A DNA stretch of 63,443 nt from Chara braunii (taxonomy: Eukaryota; Plantae; Charophyceae). The stretch is taken from NCBI GenBank assembly GCA_003427395.1, contig BFEA01000037.1, positions 4,076,659 to 4,140,101 of the forward strand, given 5' to 3'. A program made the position numbers and the translations under genes. Below are positions 25,861 to 36,813 of the stretch, one piece after another; the first letter of the stretch is position 1, and each line of letters starts with the position of its first letter. Below the pieces are notes generated by a model. The model had not been told where the DNA came from. It did not search any database and saw only the letters and a program-made list of their open reading frames with translations.

Positions 25861-27582
25861 GGCTGTACACTAAGTTTGTCTGCTGTTTGCCTACTCTGAG
25901 CCCTTTGGGACTTGATCCCGTGACCTACAGTTCGTACGTGTTGATTACTAGCTTGGAGTCCTGCTGGGCTTGATCCGTGAACCTGTCATTGGTAGTCTCT
26001 ATTTGGCAGTCTTAGACCCTTCAGGTCTTGCTGTTTTGTCCTTTTCTGCTCTTCTGGAAACTGGTAGGCCCATAGGTCTCTCGTTTGTGTGTCCTAGTCT
26101 TCGGTCCCCGTAGTCTAGATTTCCATCCACATGGATGTAGACAGGTCTTGACTGTTCGGACGTAGATGTTTGCTGTTTCGACGGTCAGATAGATTCGTAG
26201 GTGACTGCTGTGTTGCAGGTCTAGGGAAGTCGGGTAGAAGTAGGGAGAGGCCGGTGAGCTTGAGGCTCTTTCCTCATCTTTTTGGAAGTGGCGATGGGAG
26301 TACGCGAGCGGCACTATTTCCAGCGCTCAGTCTTCTTCCTCTTCGAAGGGGAACTTGGGCTGCCATTGGGCGCCCTGCTGCATGAGGAGGCAGCATCTGT
26401 AGGTCTTCCAGGTGCTGATGCCACTGCCGTCACGTTGCTGTTTGTGGGGTTGAAGAACAGCCGCTTTCTTCCTTGAGCGGCTTGCTTGTTGCTAGTTGCT
26501 GCCATACCAGGGCAGCCATCATCTTCTTCATTGAGCCTCATCTTCTTCTTCACGGTGGTTTGCGGCGCTGCAACTTGATCTCTGGCTCATGCCAGATCAG
26601 CACCTGTACTCACAGGCTCGGGGCATGATGAGATGCTGTTTTCAACAGTGGGCTATCATTGGAGGTTTGGGGTCGTAGGGAAAAGCAGTTTCGGTGAAGC
26701 TTCATTGAAGTGTATTGTCGGGGGTTAATTGGAGATGCTGTTTTCAACAGAGGGCTATCGTTGGAGGCTTGGGGTCGTAGGGAGAAGAGGAAGTTCCGGT
26801 GAAGCTTCGTTGAAGTGTATTGTCAGGGGTTAATTGGAGGTGGAACAGATTTTGTGGTTGAGACTCTTGGAGTTGTTAGGTTCACAGGAGGAGAGCAGAG
26901 GGTGTAATATATAATTGATTGAAACATTTTCTCTCAATTTTTATCTGGTTTTGGCTTCTGCTTTGCAATCTCTCTCCATGGCTATGGTGTGAATCTGCTC
27001 TCTACAGTCGGCCTGTCATTGCAGATGTGTATGGGAACATTTGAATGCGGTTTGGAGTTGTGAATCAGTCGAACACATAACACAGAGACGTGGAACGGAG
27101 GATTAAACGACTCACTTGCTGGAGCATTGCGTAGTTCAAGTTGGCAGTCCCTCATTGCTACTCGTAGGACAGCAATGGTAAAGCCTCTTTCCCTGGTATA
27201 ATTACAATCCTCTGGCTGTAGCAACGGGAAATCAGCATCAAGCTGAAGGGCGATTGCAAGGAAGTCTGGCGGTATATAAAAAGAGCGGTGAATAGCACGT
27301 ACATATGTCTGCCTCCAGTTTTGAGGGCAGTTTTGTTTGACGATATATTGTCACAGAACTATTGATTAAGAGCACAAACACGAAGTAGAAGAAGAAATAG
27401 GATGAGCGAAGAAAAGAAAAAATGAAAGGACAGAGGCAAAGAGACAGATAACCCAGAAAGACACAAAACAGTGTCTTCTTCTTCTTTGTTTTAGTGTTTG
27501 ACGATATATATCATCACAAATAGAACTGCCCGGTAAACCGTAGGCAGAGAGAGAGAAGAGGACAGCAAACGAGGGGCTGTGA

Positions 27583-27640
27583 CAAACTGTTTCGTCGGAG
27601 TTTCACCGACTCATCAGGAGGCTGAACCCTCAACAGTCTG
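27583..27640 (-). ncRNA. Type III hammerhead ribozyme with intact core (GUU site)
   Basis: CAGACUG-UU / GAGG-guucag-CCUC / CUGAUGA / GUCGG-ugaaacu-CCGAC / GAAA / CAGUUUG. Stem differences from the 4644 copy preserve pairing. Confidence 0.9.
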
Positions 27641-28123
27641 CAGAATCCCCTCACTGATTACACTGTAAATGATAATCTACCTTAACCAAANAGGAGGCTG
27701 AACCCTCAACAGTCTGCAGAATCCCCTCACTGATTACACTGTAAATGATAATCTACCTTAACCAAAATCAAAGTAGACTATCACTCACCCACACCAGATG
27801 GAAAACTCTACAGACTGTCAGTTCACACCCCATCACAAGCCAGCAAAACATCCACGAAACAAAGAAAGGTCTGTCACAGCCAAAAAATACACTCCAGACA
27901 CGCCGCTGGCACTCGAGGCACAGCATGGCCGCCTAGTAACGGCCCCGACCACTGCCGCTCGACCTGACCGGAAAAAAACGTAGCAGGAAGCTAGCGAAGT
28001 CGTAGTATATATCGTCACAAATAGAACTGCCCGGTACACACTATAAATCGGAGCGCAAAGGCGGAAAAATACAAAACAAGAAAAGGAAAAGAAGGAAAGC
28101 CCCACCTGTTCATCACCTCTTTC

Positions 28124-28201
28124 GTACAAGGCCAGCCACGTGGATGACAGGTTGAGCGCTGGCTGCCCCCATCCCCGTGTGTCACAAGGACCCACTTGCA
28201 C
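28124..28201 (-). ncRNA. Unidentified conserved pseudoknotted RNA motif (representative copy)
   Basis: Other copies at 23582-23616 (partial), 23768-23843, 29461-29541, 31056-31122, 31571-31649 (all minus) and 49581-49646 (plus). Compensatory changes GCCAGC/GCUGGC, GCUCGC/GCGAGC, GCCACC/GGCGGC and GUC/GAC versus GCC/GGC. Confidence 0.6.
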
Positions 28202-28409
28202 GCAGCCAAAAGGCAAAGAGGTAAAGAAAAGGAGGAAACCAAACCTGACAGGGAAAGAAAGCCTATCAGTCAAACAAAGCAAATGAGACATCCCACAGAT
28301 AATCCAATTGTCACAAAGCAAATAACACATCCCACAGATCAGCATTTTTTTTTCTATTCTTATTTTCTTATTTTCTTATTTTCTTATTTTCTCTTTTTTT
28401 TATTTTCTC

Positions 28410-28595
28410 TTATTCTTTTCTTTTTTTCTGTTTTTCTTTAACCGTCCCCACCTCGGCAGATACGACAGCTACGGTGAGGATGATGTGGATGTTCACAAGG
28501 ATACCCAAGGAGAGCTGCGCTAGCACAGCATTCAGCAGGACGGCTAGCACGAACCATCCCATCAAAACAGTCCTGACAGAGGACATGTTGTCCAC
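28410..28595 (-). CDS. Short hydrophobic ORF (putative membrane peptide) directly after the Josephin-like ORF
   Basis: Hydrophobic run GWFVLAVLLNAVLAQLSLGILVNIHIILTVAVV. Related runs (NVLIHLILTMYVLSV, HVFIQLTLTMYVLSI) occupy the same position in the copies near 24.0 kb and 31.8 kb. Confidence 0.35.
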   Translation of the reverse strand: MDNMSSVRTVLMGWFVLAVLLNAVLAQLSLGILVNIHIILTVAVVSAEVGTVKEKQKKRKE

Positions 28596-28598
28596 ATG

Positions 28599-29341
28599 TT
28601 AAAAAACAGCAGGACGTTCATCACAGTGTGGCATCATGCAGTTCTGATAGCGTCCTTGGGCACAAAAGGGACAACGTATATCTGGGTGATAGGGATGTGT
28701 ACAATGAGAAAATGTTGGACACCCTTCAGTACAGATGGCGGCAGTCGCAATAGATTGGTAATGGCTATGGCATAGGTGATGCATTCCACAGCCAAGGCGC
28801 ACTGCATCACTGTCCCGACAGGTGTCACAAGAGAGTCGGTCAATAATCCAAAATAATGTATGATTCGGCAATGCACGCAAAAATTCATTTACGTCAAAAA
28901 TAGCCTGACTCATCGTCCCACCATCCCACAGTTCCCACTGGGCAGCTGCACGAACGAGTGCCATATGATGCCCGGGTCTGTGTAAAATACAGGCAGAAAT
29001 ATGAGGATGGTTATTGAGGTCATCGCCTGGCGTCGCATGATGCATAAGAAGGTGGCGGCCGTGCAACGCTAACTGTAAGACATTTACAGTAAAACCTCCT
29101 GAGGTAGAGTATACTTACTGCCTTCAGGAGGTGGACTATTATGATCATACAACAACTGATTTTCAACAGCGACAAGCTGATACTCAGTCGTGACAAAATG
29201 GGAAGCAGTATAACATTGACGATGATAAGCCTGTAGGCAGACATTTGTGGCTGTCAAGCCACAAGTATTTGGTAGATCTGCCCGCAGATCTGATTCGGTC
29301 ACCACTGGAAAGCTAGGTCTGATCTGGAAGGGTCTGCGCAT
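28599..29341 (-). pseudogene. Josephin (MJD/ataxin-3-like) cysteine protease followed by a Cys/His-rich motif, with one frameshift at about 29085-29120
   Basis: Joining ORFs 29084..29341 and 28599..29066 gives TCGLTATNVCLQ..YT...F....QL...E, GGFTVNVLQLAL and ACILHRPGHHMALVRAAAQWELWDG. These parallel ataxin-3 LCAQHCLNNLLQ..FS...L....QL...E, GFFSIQVISNAL and SFICNYKEHWFTVRKLGKQWFNLNS. Downstream motif HHLCHSHY...CTEGCP...CTHPYHP...CPFC. Confidence 0.65.
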
Positions 29342-30075
29342 ATATATATTGTCACATGAATATCAGAGGGCAAAGGCAAAAAAAAACAGAAGAAAACAAG
29401 AAGAAAAATCAATTCGTTTTTTATCGTCTTCCTTACAACTCCCCCTATTCAAAACCTCTTGCATACAAGGCCGCCCACGCGGATGTAGGTTGAGCGGTGG
29501 CTGCCCCCACCCCCGTGTGTCATATCGACCCACTTGCACACAGCCAAAGGGCAAAGAGGCAAAGAAAAGAGGAAGGGATCAGCCAAATACAACAAAACAG
29601 GGGGCAACAAGCAATAGCACCAAAAACGGATCCTAGATGACAAGTCCCACATGCAAGCACCGCCCCTCCTCCACAGGCCAAACGACAGGACAAGACCACC
29701 CAGGACAAAACTCTAGTAAGCAAAAAAAGAAAAATCCCAGATTACATATCTATATACAGCAGCTGGCCTTGTTCGTCATCAAGACGTAGGTATTCCCATT
29801 TGTAAACCATTCCTACTGGGACAAAAAACATAAAAGACAATCCCAGATGGCGATTCCCACATGAAAGCACCGCCCCCTCACACAGGCCGAACAACGGGAA
29901 GCAACCAACTAGGATGCCAAGACAACAAAAGAGAACCCGGATGACTGGTCCCACATGAAAGCACTGCTATGCTTGCCAAAAGCGACTGAGCAACGGGACC
30001 AAACCAGCCGGGATGCAGACAGGGTTACCAAAACAAATTAGTAAAAAAACGGAACCATACATATATTGTCACAGA

Positions 30076-30780
30076 CAGGGTAACCAGCGTTCGGGACGGG
30101 CCAAACGCCCGAACCCGAACGCCCAAACGTACGGGACCCCTTGGGGATGCGTTCGGCCGTTCAGGCCGAACGCGGACCACAAAAAAAACAACAAAAAAAT
30201 CTAAAAAAAGATATGTTATGAAGAAAAATAAAATAAACAACCTTTGCCTGAGCATTACATCCAAATTTGGTAAGCATTACATCCAAATTACTTACCAAAT
30301 TTGATATAAAAATAAAATGCAGAAAATAAAACTAATAATCAAAAAATAAGAAAAAATGAAAAGAGAATTAAAATTAGTGAGTGAGCGAGCACGTTTTTGA
30401 TAAAATGCAGAAAATAAAACTAATAATCAAAAAATAAGAAAAAATGAAAAGAGAATTAAAATTAGTGAGTGAGCGAGCACGTTTTTGACACCACCATCTT
30501 TGGCGATTTTTAATTTTTGTTTGGCTTAGCAAAACGACTTCAAAATTTTTAGGCATGTACCTCACATCATGGTGAAGTCACAAAAAAAATTCAGAAAAAA
30601 GCTTATTTTAAGGCCCCGAAATATTTTTTGGCGGGGGCCGAACGCCATCGGGTTCGGACCCCGAACGGGACCCCGAACAGGACCCTGAAGGGCCTGAACG
30701 CCCGTATGTATGGAGGTCAGCACGCCCGTACGTATGGAGGTCAGCCCAGGGACCTCCGTACGTACGGACTGGTGACCCTG
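30076..30780. mobile_element. hAT-type MITE
   Basis: TIRs CAGGGTAACCAG / CTGGTGACCCTG. Perfect 8-bp TSD GTCACAGA at 30068-30075 and 30781-30788. Confidence 0.85.
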
Positions 30781-31861
30781 GTCACAGAGCTATTGACTAA
30801 GAGCGTAAGCACATGAAGTAGAAGAAGAAATAAGATGAGCGAAGAAAAGAAAAATGAAAGGACAGACAGGCAAAGAGACAGACAAACTAGAATGACACAA
30901 AACAGTGTCCTCATTTTCTTTGTTTCACTGTATTCATATTTCTTTCAGTGTTTTACCAAAAAAAAAATACACTGAACAAAAGATAAAAATAAAAAACAAA
31001 GACACATTGAAATCATTCAATTTCTCAGTCTTCTTAACTCCACCATGCCTCTAATGTACAAGGCTCGCCACGTTGCCGAAGTTGAGCGCGAGCTGCCCCC
31101 ATCCGCGTATGCCATAACAGCCATGGGAAAGAGGCAGAGTGAAGGAAGACGTGTTAAACACAAGGAAGAGAGGAGCAGAAAAAGAAAATCGATAGGCAGA
31201 CTTAGGAAGAATAAGAAAACGTGACACAAACATCTTCTTTATTTTACTGCATCTTTCTTTCTTTCACAGTTTTGCAGTTTTGGTGAAGAGTACCACGTTC
31301 ACTTTCCAGCGCACCTGCACTTCTTCACTTTTTATTCTCATTTTCACCCTTCAGACTTTTTCTTTGAGGGTGTTAGGGTGCACGGTACAAACAAAGTAAA
31401 ATGACACGAACTTATGTTATATATGTATATATATATTGTCACATATTTATAGACAAAGAGCTCGCTTCGTGAAACAAACACTAAAAATACACAAGACAAA
31501 CATGAAGAGCACACTGAAACCATTTATTTTTCCCATTCTTCTTCTAACTCCCGTTCCACTGTGCCTCTCACATGTGAGGCTCGCCACGTTGATGAAGTTG
31601 AGTGCAAACTGCCCGCATCTTCGTGTGCCATAACGGCCCACCTGTATGCTGTGAGAAAGAGGCAGGGTAACGGGGGAGGGTTTAAACACTGAGAAGAGGG
31701 ATGGAGAGAGGACAAAACAAAGAACGACCAAAGGAAACTGAGGAGTGCAGAATGAAGATGAAAGCAAAGAAGAGGATAAGGAAAGGCTCAAGAATCAGTC
31801 TGACCGTGGTGATAGAGAGGACATACATTGTAAGGGTGAGTTGGATGAACACATGGGAGAC

Positions 31862-32240
31862 CTAGCTAAGTATTATCAGTACAACAACTGCCAAGACGGC
31901 TAGCATTGAGCATGCCCACCATACACTCCCGACAAATGGCATGTCAATTGGATGAACACATGGGAGACCTAGCTGAGTATTCTCAGTACAACAACTGCCA
32001 ACATGGCTGGCATTGAGCATGCCCACCATACACTCCAGACAAATCGCATGTCGACTGCAGGCCAACATGAAGGACGAACGATCACCAAAAACCTCCGGGG
32101 GTGGAAGGTGCCTGCAGTCCGGAGCGGAAGGACAGTCCTCTACACACATACATGCAGAAACCATGTCACGGTAGTGATTGTGACAGAGAGTATGGCAATA
32201 TATCATACTCATGAAGCACCTGCACGGTGTGTGTGCAGGG
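31862..32240 (-). pseudogene. Third paralog, Cys/His-rich part only (5' truncated)
   Basis: HTLCHNHYRDMVSACMCVEDCPSAPDCRH matches both other copies. Followed by a hydrophobic segment and the pseudoknot motif. Confidence 0.6.
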
Positions 32241-32553
32241 TGCCATGCCCGAACAGCTGATGCACGTGCACCATGCACATCCCACACAGTTTGCACAAGG
32301 TGAAGTGCACTGGGATGTGTGTGCCTGCAACTTGTGCACGCAGACAGGTATAGCCATCTTTTGTGTGTGTATGTGTGTGAGAGAGAGAGAGAGAGCGGGA
32401 GCCGTTCGGCCTCAGCACGTCCCAGGATGAATGGCACGTGAGATTGTTGAATGTACACTAGAAATTGCCTGCCAGACCTCGATGGATCTGACGGCAATCA
32501 CATCCAGAGCTTAGTAGAAAAAGTTTGAGTGCACGTGGACAGGTATAGCCATC

Positions 32554-32584
<31 letters not shown>

Positions 32585-33616
32585 CCGGCGGCCTCAGCAC
32601 TTCCCAGGACAAATGGCAAGTGAAATTGTTGAATGTACACTAGAAATCGCCCGCCAGATCACATCCAGAGCTTAGTAGAAAACGTCTGAGTGTGATTGCC
32701 CTCACACTAACTTTTGCTACTAAGCTCTCAACATGATTGCGGTCAGATTCATCCACGTTTGGCCGTAATTGCAGTCAGATACATTTCAGAAAGTGCGAGT
32801 GTGAGGTCGTGCTAGTGTGAGTTGCCCTCAGATAGGACGTAAAGTATCTGGACCATTTCTTTTTTCTATTGTCATCTATGAAACAATCTCTGGACAATCT
32901 CTCAATTTATGCATGTCATCTCTCTTGTCAGCATACTCACACTCGGCCTTTCCCGGATATATCTGACTGCAGTTCCCACCCGTTGTACATGTGTCTGATC
33001 ACGATTACATCATGAAGGAGCCAAGAAAGTCCTTAGTGCGAATACATTGTCCTAATCAGTGCTGGTCCCCCGGATGGACCAGGGGGCCCTCCCCCGACCG
33101 GGAGCCTGCTGGTAGGACCGAGCGGTCCACCAGCTCGGCAGCCCCCCAGTCCAACCTAGCACATCGCTCTTTATTGGGGGAGGGGGAGAAGGGGGGGGGG
33201 ACGGTACCGAGATTCACGGCCGTCCACACAATTGCCCAGACCCGGAGGGACCACTGCCTTCCTTGAAGAAGATAAAAACGGAGAAATATGGACCCCACTT
33301 GTTGAAACTCACTGTGGTGTCCTGCACCGACCACGATCACAGCATAAGGGATTTTTTTTCCTCTTTTTTCTTCATTTCCTCTTCATGGGACGGACGCCCT
33401 CACTGAGGGCACAGTTTCACTAGCACCTTGTAGACTGTATCTGATCGTTGTGGCGACATTCGGGAAGTTTTATTTTTTTTTCTCTTTCGTTTTTTTCCCC
33501 CCCCCTTTTTCAGATGTAACTGCCGTGAGTACCAGAAAAGAAAATACAATGGGACCCAGGGTCGGCAAAACTCTGTGCACAGTGAAATTCAGGTTTTGTC
33601 AAAAAGAACTAAAAAC

Positions 33617-34268
33617 CTAGGCTGGGCCGTCGCCCGGCCTGGGCCGGGGGGGATCGCCCGGCAAAACCAGGCAGGTCACAAGAGAGGGAAGGATCTCCAA
33701 AAAAAAGAAACTGACTTCAGGCAAGGACTGCACTCGGCCTGAGCAGTCAGAATCCGGCCTTATCTTCCATTTCGGTGGCGGGTCAAATAAAGTTAATCTA
33801 AACAGTGACTAGAGGATCACCCGGCAAAACCAGGCAGGTCAAAAAAGAGGGAAGGGTCTCCAAAAAAAAGAACTGACTTCAGGCAAGGACTGCACTCGGC
33901 CTGAGTAGTCAGAATCCGGCCTTACCTTCCATTTCGGTGGTGGGTGACCCAGGAGTGTTTGAGGGGTATAAAGTTACTCAAAACAGTGACTAGAGGGGTT
34001 TAAAAGGGTATCTCTTACCTCACTTCTCCTCGTTTATTTTTATCTTAAAATTAATAAGGAATTTCGAGGGGACACTCATTTAAAAGTTGCTTGTAAGGCA
34101 ATTTTATACATCACAGTTTTTTTCCAGTTTTTTCCTGAATTTTCTCATTTTTTATTTTTTTAAATGCTGGGGCTGCCCGGGACCCTCCCCGGCCACTGCC
34201 CGGCCTGGGCCGCCAGGAGGGTACCCAGGCGACCTTCCCCCAGCCGGGCCGCCTGGGGACCAGCCTAC
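33617..34268. mobile_element. hAT-type MITE related to the 18050 element
   Basis: Ends CTAGGCTGG / CCAGCCTAC. Flanks CTAAAAAC / CTGAAAAC (7 of 8 match). Internal duplication of about 165 bp. Confidence 0.65.
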
Positions 34269-36769
34269 CTGAAAACAGGATCATAGGTAATGATGGTTTA
34301 ACATAATCAAAAACGAAAAAAACATACATAGGTAGAGCTATATCTACGAGTGATGAAAGTCTCAGCAACTTAGCATTTTCTCATGCAACGGCTGAGAATT
34401 CCAGCTGCAGGTAGGCTCACCGGGTACTTTTTCCGTTGGCCCTCACGTTGTAGTGGCAAAAAATGGAAAATGTGAGGGATCTACACGGCATTTATTTCAC
34501 GGTCCAAAACATTTTGTTTTATTTTTCTGCTAATTTTCCTGGAAAGAGCACAGGAACTCAACTTTTCAGATGTTTTCATTAATTCTTCTGCACATGAAAA
34601 ATCGGCATAGTTGGCACCGGAAAATTGACGCCCATGGACCCGCCTGCCCAGCAAAAATTGACGCCCATGGACCCACCTGACCAGCAAATTGACGCCCATG
34701 GACCCACCTGCACCTGCTGGTTGCCGCCCCCCGTAAAACCTGGTTCGTAAGGCCAGGCAGGCCGAATTTCGGATGGTGGGGGTAGTGGTGGTTAGAGCAA
34801 CTAAGGCCGAGGAGTTTTGTGGGGCCCACCGGCCCTCCCCCAACCTCCCCCAACCGATGCACTACCCGTACTCGTATTAGGTTTCAGATGAACAGTGCTT
34901 TCAGTACGACTGGTGGTTTAAATAACCCAGAGGAGAGTACATGGATGGAACAGCACCTGTCTCACCAGTTTCCTCCGTAAATCACTAATTAGAATTCTGA
35001 CAGCATTCTATTGGTCGAACCAATGTCCACGGATCCATGTCAACGGAACTGCACAGCACCTCAGCGGTGATCTCCTCAAGTGCCTTTTTGGGGGGAACCA
35101 GACTAGCAACCAGTTGTTTTCCCTAAGAGCTGCATGGTCTGGTTTCCGACGATGCTCACCACCCTTGGAGAAGACTTTTCCACCTAATCTGCCTTTGAAA
35201 GCCAAACGCATGAGATAAAACCAACTGAGACGGTCTAACAAACTTATTGCAGCAGACCTCAATAACGCATGGCATTTTAACCAAGTTCTCAAAGGAATCC
35301 TCACACACGTGATCTTCTCACCAGACACTTCGGGATATGTTGACGCCGCATGGACAGCTCGGACATGGAGAGAGCACCAGGTTCCAACAATATACCCAGC
35401 ACACTGGCAACCAGTTGAACATGAAACGCTATCAATAGTGGAGCATGGCACAGCACAAATCTGACTAGCTTTTACGGGGCTACTTTGAAGGGGGATCATT
35501 GCCCAGCACAAATCCAGCATACCCGAGATTTCCAATGTAGACGTTTCACCGAATCTCTACATCTTGTGGCCACTACCCACCTCAAGCCAAGAGTCCTGCC
35601 ACTCCATTCATCCACTTCTTGTGGCCCATACTATTATCTTTCAGCCACTCAACCAGCTCCTCCACAATTCACCAATTCCACACCCTTGAGGTGGCAGTAA
35701 TAACCGTTGCCAGGAGAAGTTATTCCCATCGCCTAAGAATTTTGCAGTGATAACCAACCATTGCTACACAGTAACAATCAATCAACCCTCTTGTCCAAAC
35801 CACAGATTACCTGCATAACTGCAGCAGTTCTGCGCCTAAAACTGAGGATGCTTGGCCTTGACACATATGGCCACACTTGCCCATCCTGCCCTTGGCTGGA
35901 TTTCTTCAATGCCTCATTCTGCTCAATCCATGCCTGCAGCTGTACAGCCCAGCACTTGAGCTTGTGAGTTTCGACCCTCTGGTCATCCACATCGGCCGGC
36001 AGAGCTGCTGTCTACATCATCCTGCATTGCCACATCCTTTATCTACCGAACTACAGAAATCCCTGATCGTCAGGAGGAGGCCATCTGGGTCATTCACCAT
36101 TGGCCCAGATCGTGAAAATTATGATGGGCCACGGACCTGGCCCGACCCTCTGGTCATCCACAGCGGCTGGCAGAGCTGCTGTCTACATCATCCTGCATTG
36201 CGACATCCTTTATCTACCGAACTATAGAAATCCCTGATCGTCACGAGGAGGCCTACATCCTTTATCTACCGAACTATAGAAATCCCTGATCGTCACGAGG
36301 AGGCCATCTGGGTCATTCACCATTCAGAATGGCCCAGATCGTGAAAATTATGACGGGCCACGGACCTGGCCCGTTGGCATGAACGGATCGCCCAGATTCC
36401 CGATCTTAATTTTTGGGTGACTGGCCTCTAATCTGGCCGTCCTCCGGCTCATGGTGCAGATTCACGATCAATCATAATTTTAGTGATCGCCCATGCATCT
36501 GGGTCGTTCTACACATGAACGGGACAGATCACAGGACAATCTGGGCGGACGCTACTGCCCGCACCAAAAGAACTTGGGGCAGCCGGCCAACCCAAATGCG
36601 CCCGCACCACAAGAACTGAGGCGACACCCCAACTCAAAGTATGTCACGTGAGGCCGCCTGTCACCACACTCCTACCGCACACTTGCCATTACCACAACCC
36701 GCTACGATCCTCGCCCAGTATCCCCCACCAGCAAGCCGCCACCAACACCCTCTGCCCGCTCTTCCATCC

Positions 36770-36813
<44 letters not shown>

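Larger units (their letters stand above)
22640..32345 (-). mobile_element. Nested array of 5'-truncated, (TA)n-targeting retroposons inside intron 1
   Basis: Repeated junctions atatatat(t/c)gtcac(a) or gtcaaa at about 22900, 22950, 23300, 23630, 27350, 27510, 28010, 29350, 30065 and 31435. Copies share 3' tails and have variable 5' truncation. Confidence 0.75.

Noticed and set aside
28130-28180. HDV-like ribozyme reading of the pseudoknot motif on the plus strand (GGCCAGC...GCUGGCU resembles P1)
   Set aside because: No P3/L3, P1.1 GG, P4 or catalytic-C J4/2 segment.
28124-28201. Conserved peptide QVGxxxTRGWGQxxLN across motif copies
   Set aside because: Copies differ by indels that are not multiples of three, so conservation fits RNA structure better.
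28599-29341. Functional link between the intronic deubiquitinase-like ORF and the ubiquitin-receptor-like host gene
   Set aside because: The ORF is frameshifted, 5'-truncated and part of a dispersed repeat, so co-location is most likely chance.
35807-35930. Exon-like segment AWIEQNEALKKSSQ...AAVMQ with AG/GT borders in intron 1
   Set aside because: Exon 1 joins exon 2 directly as in the recalled homologues (LGQ|HF), and no homology was recognised. It cannot be supported without RNA data.
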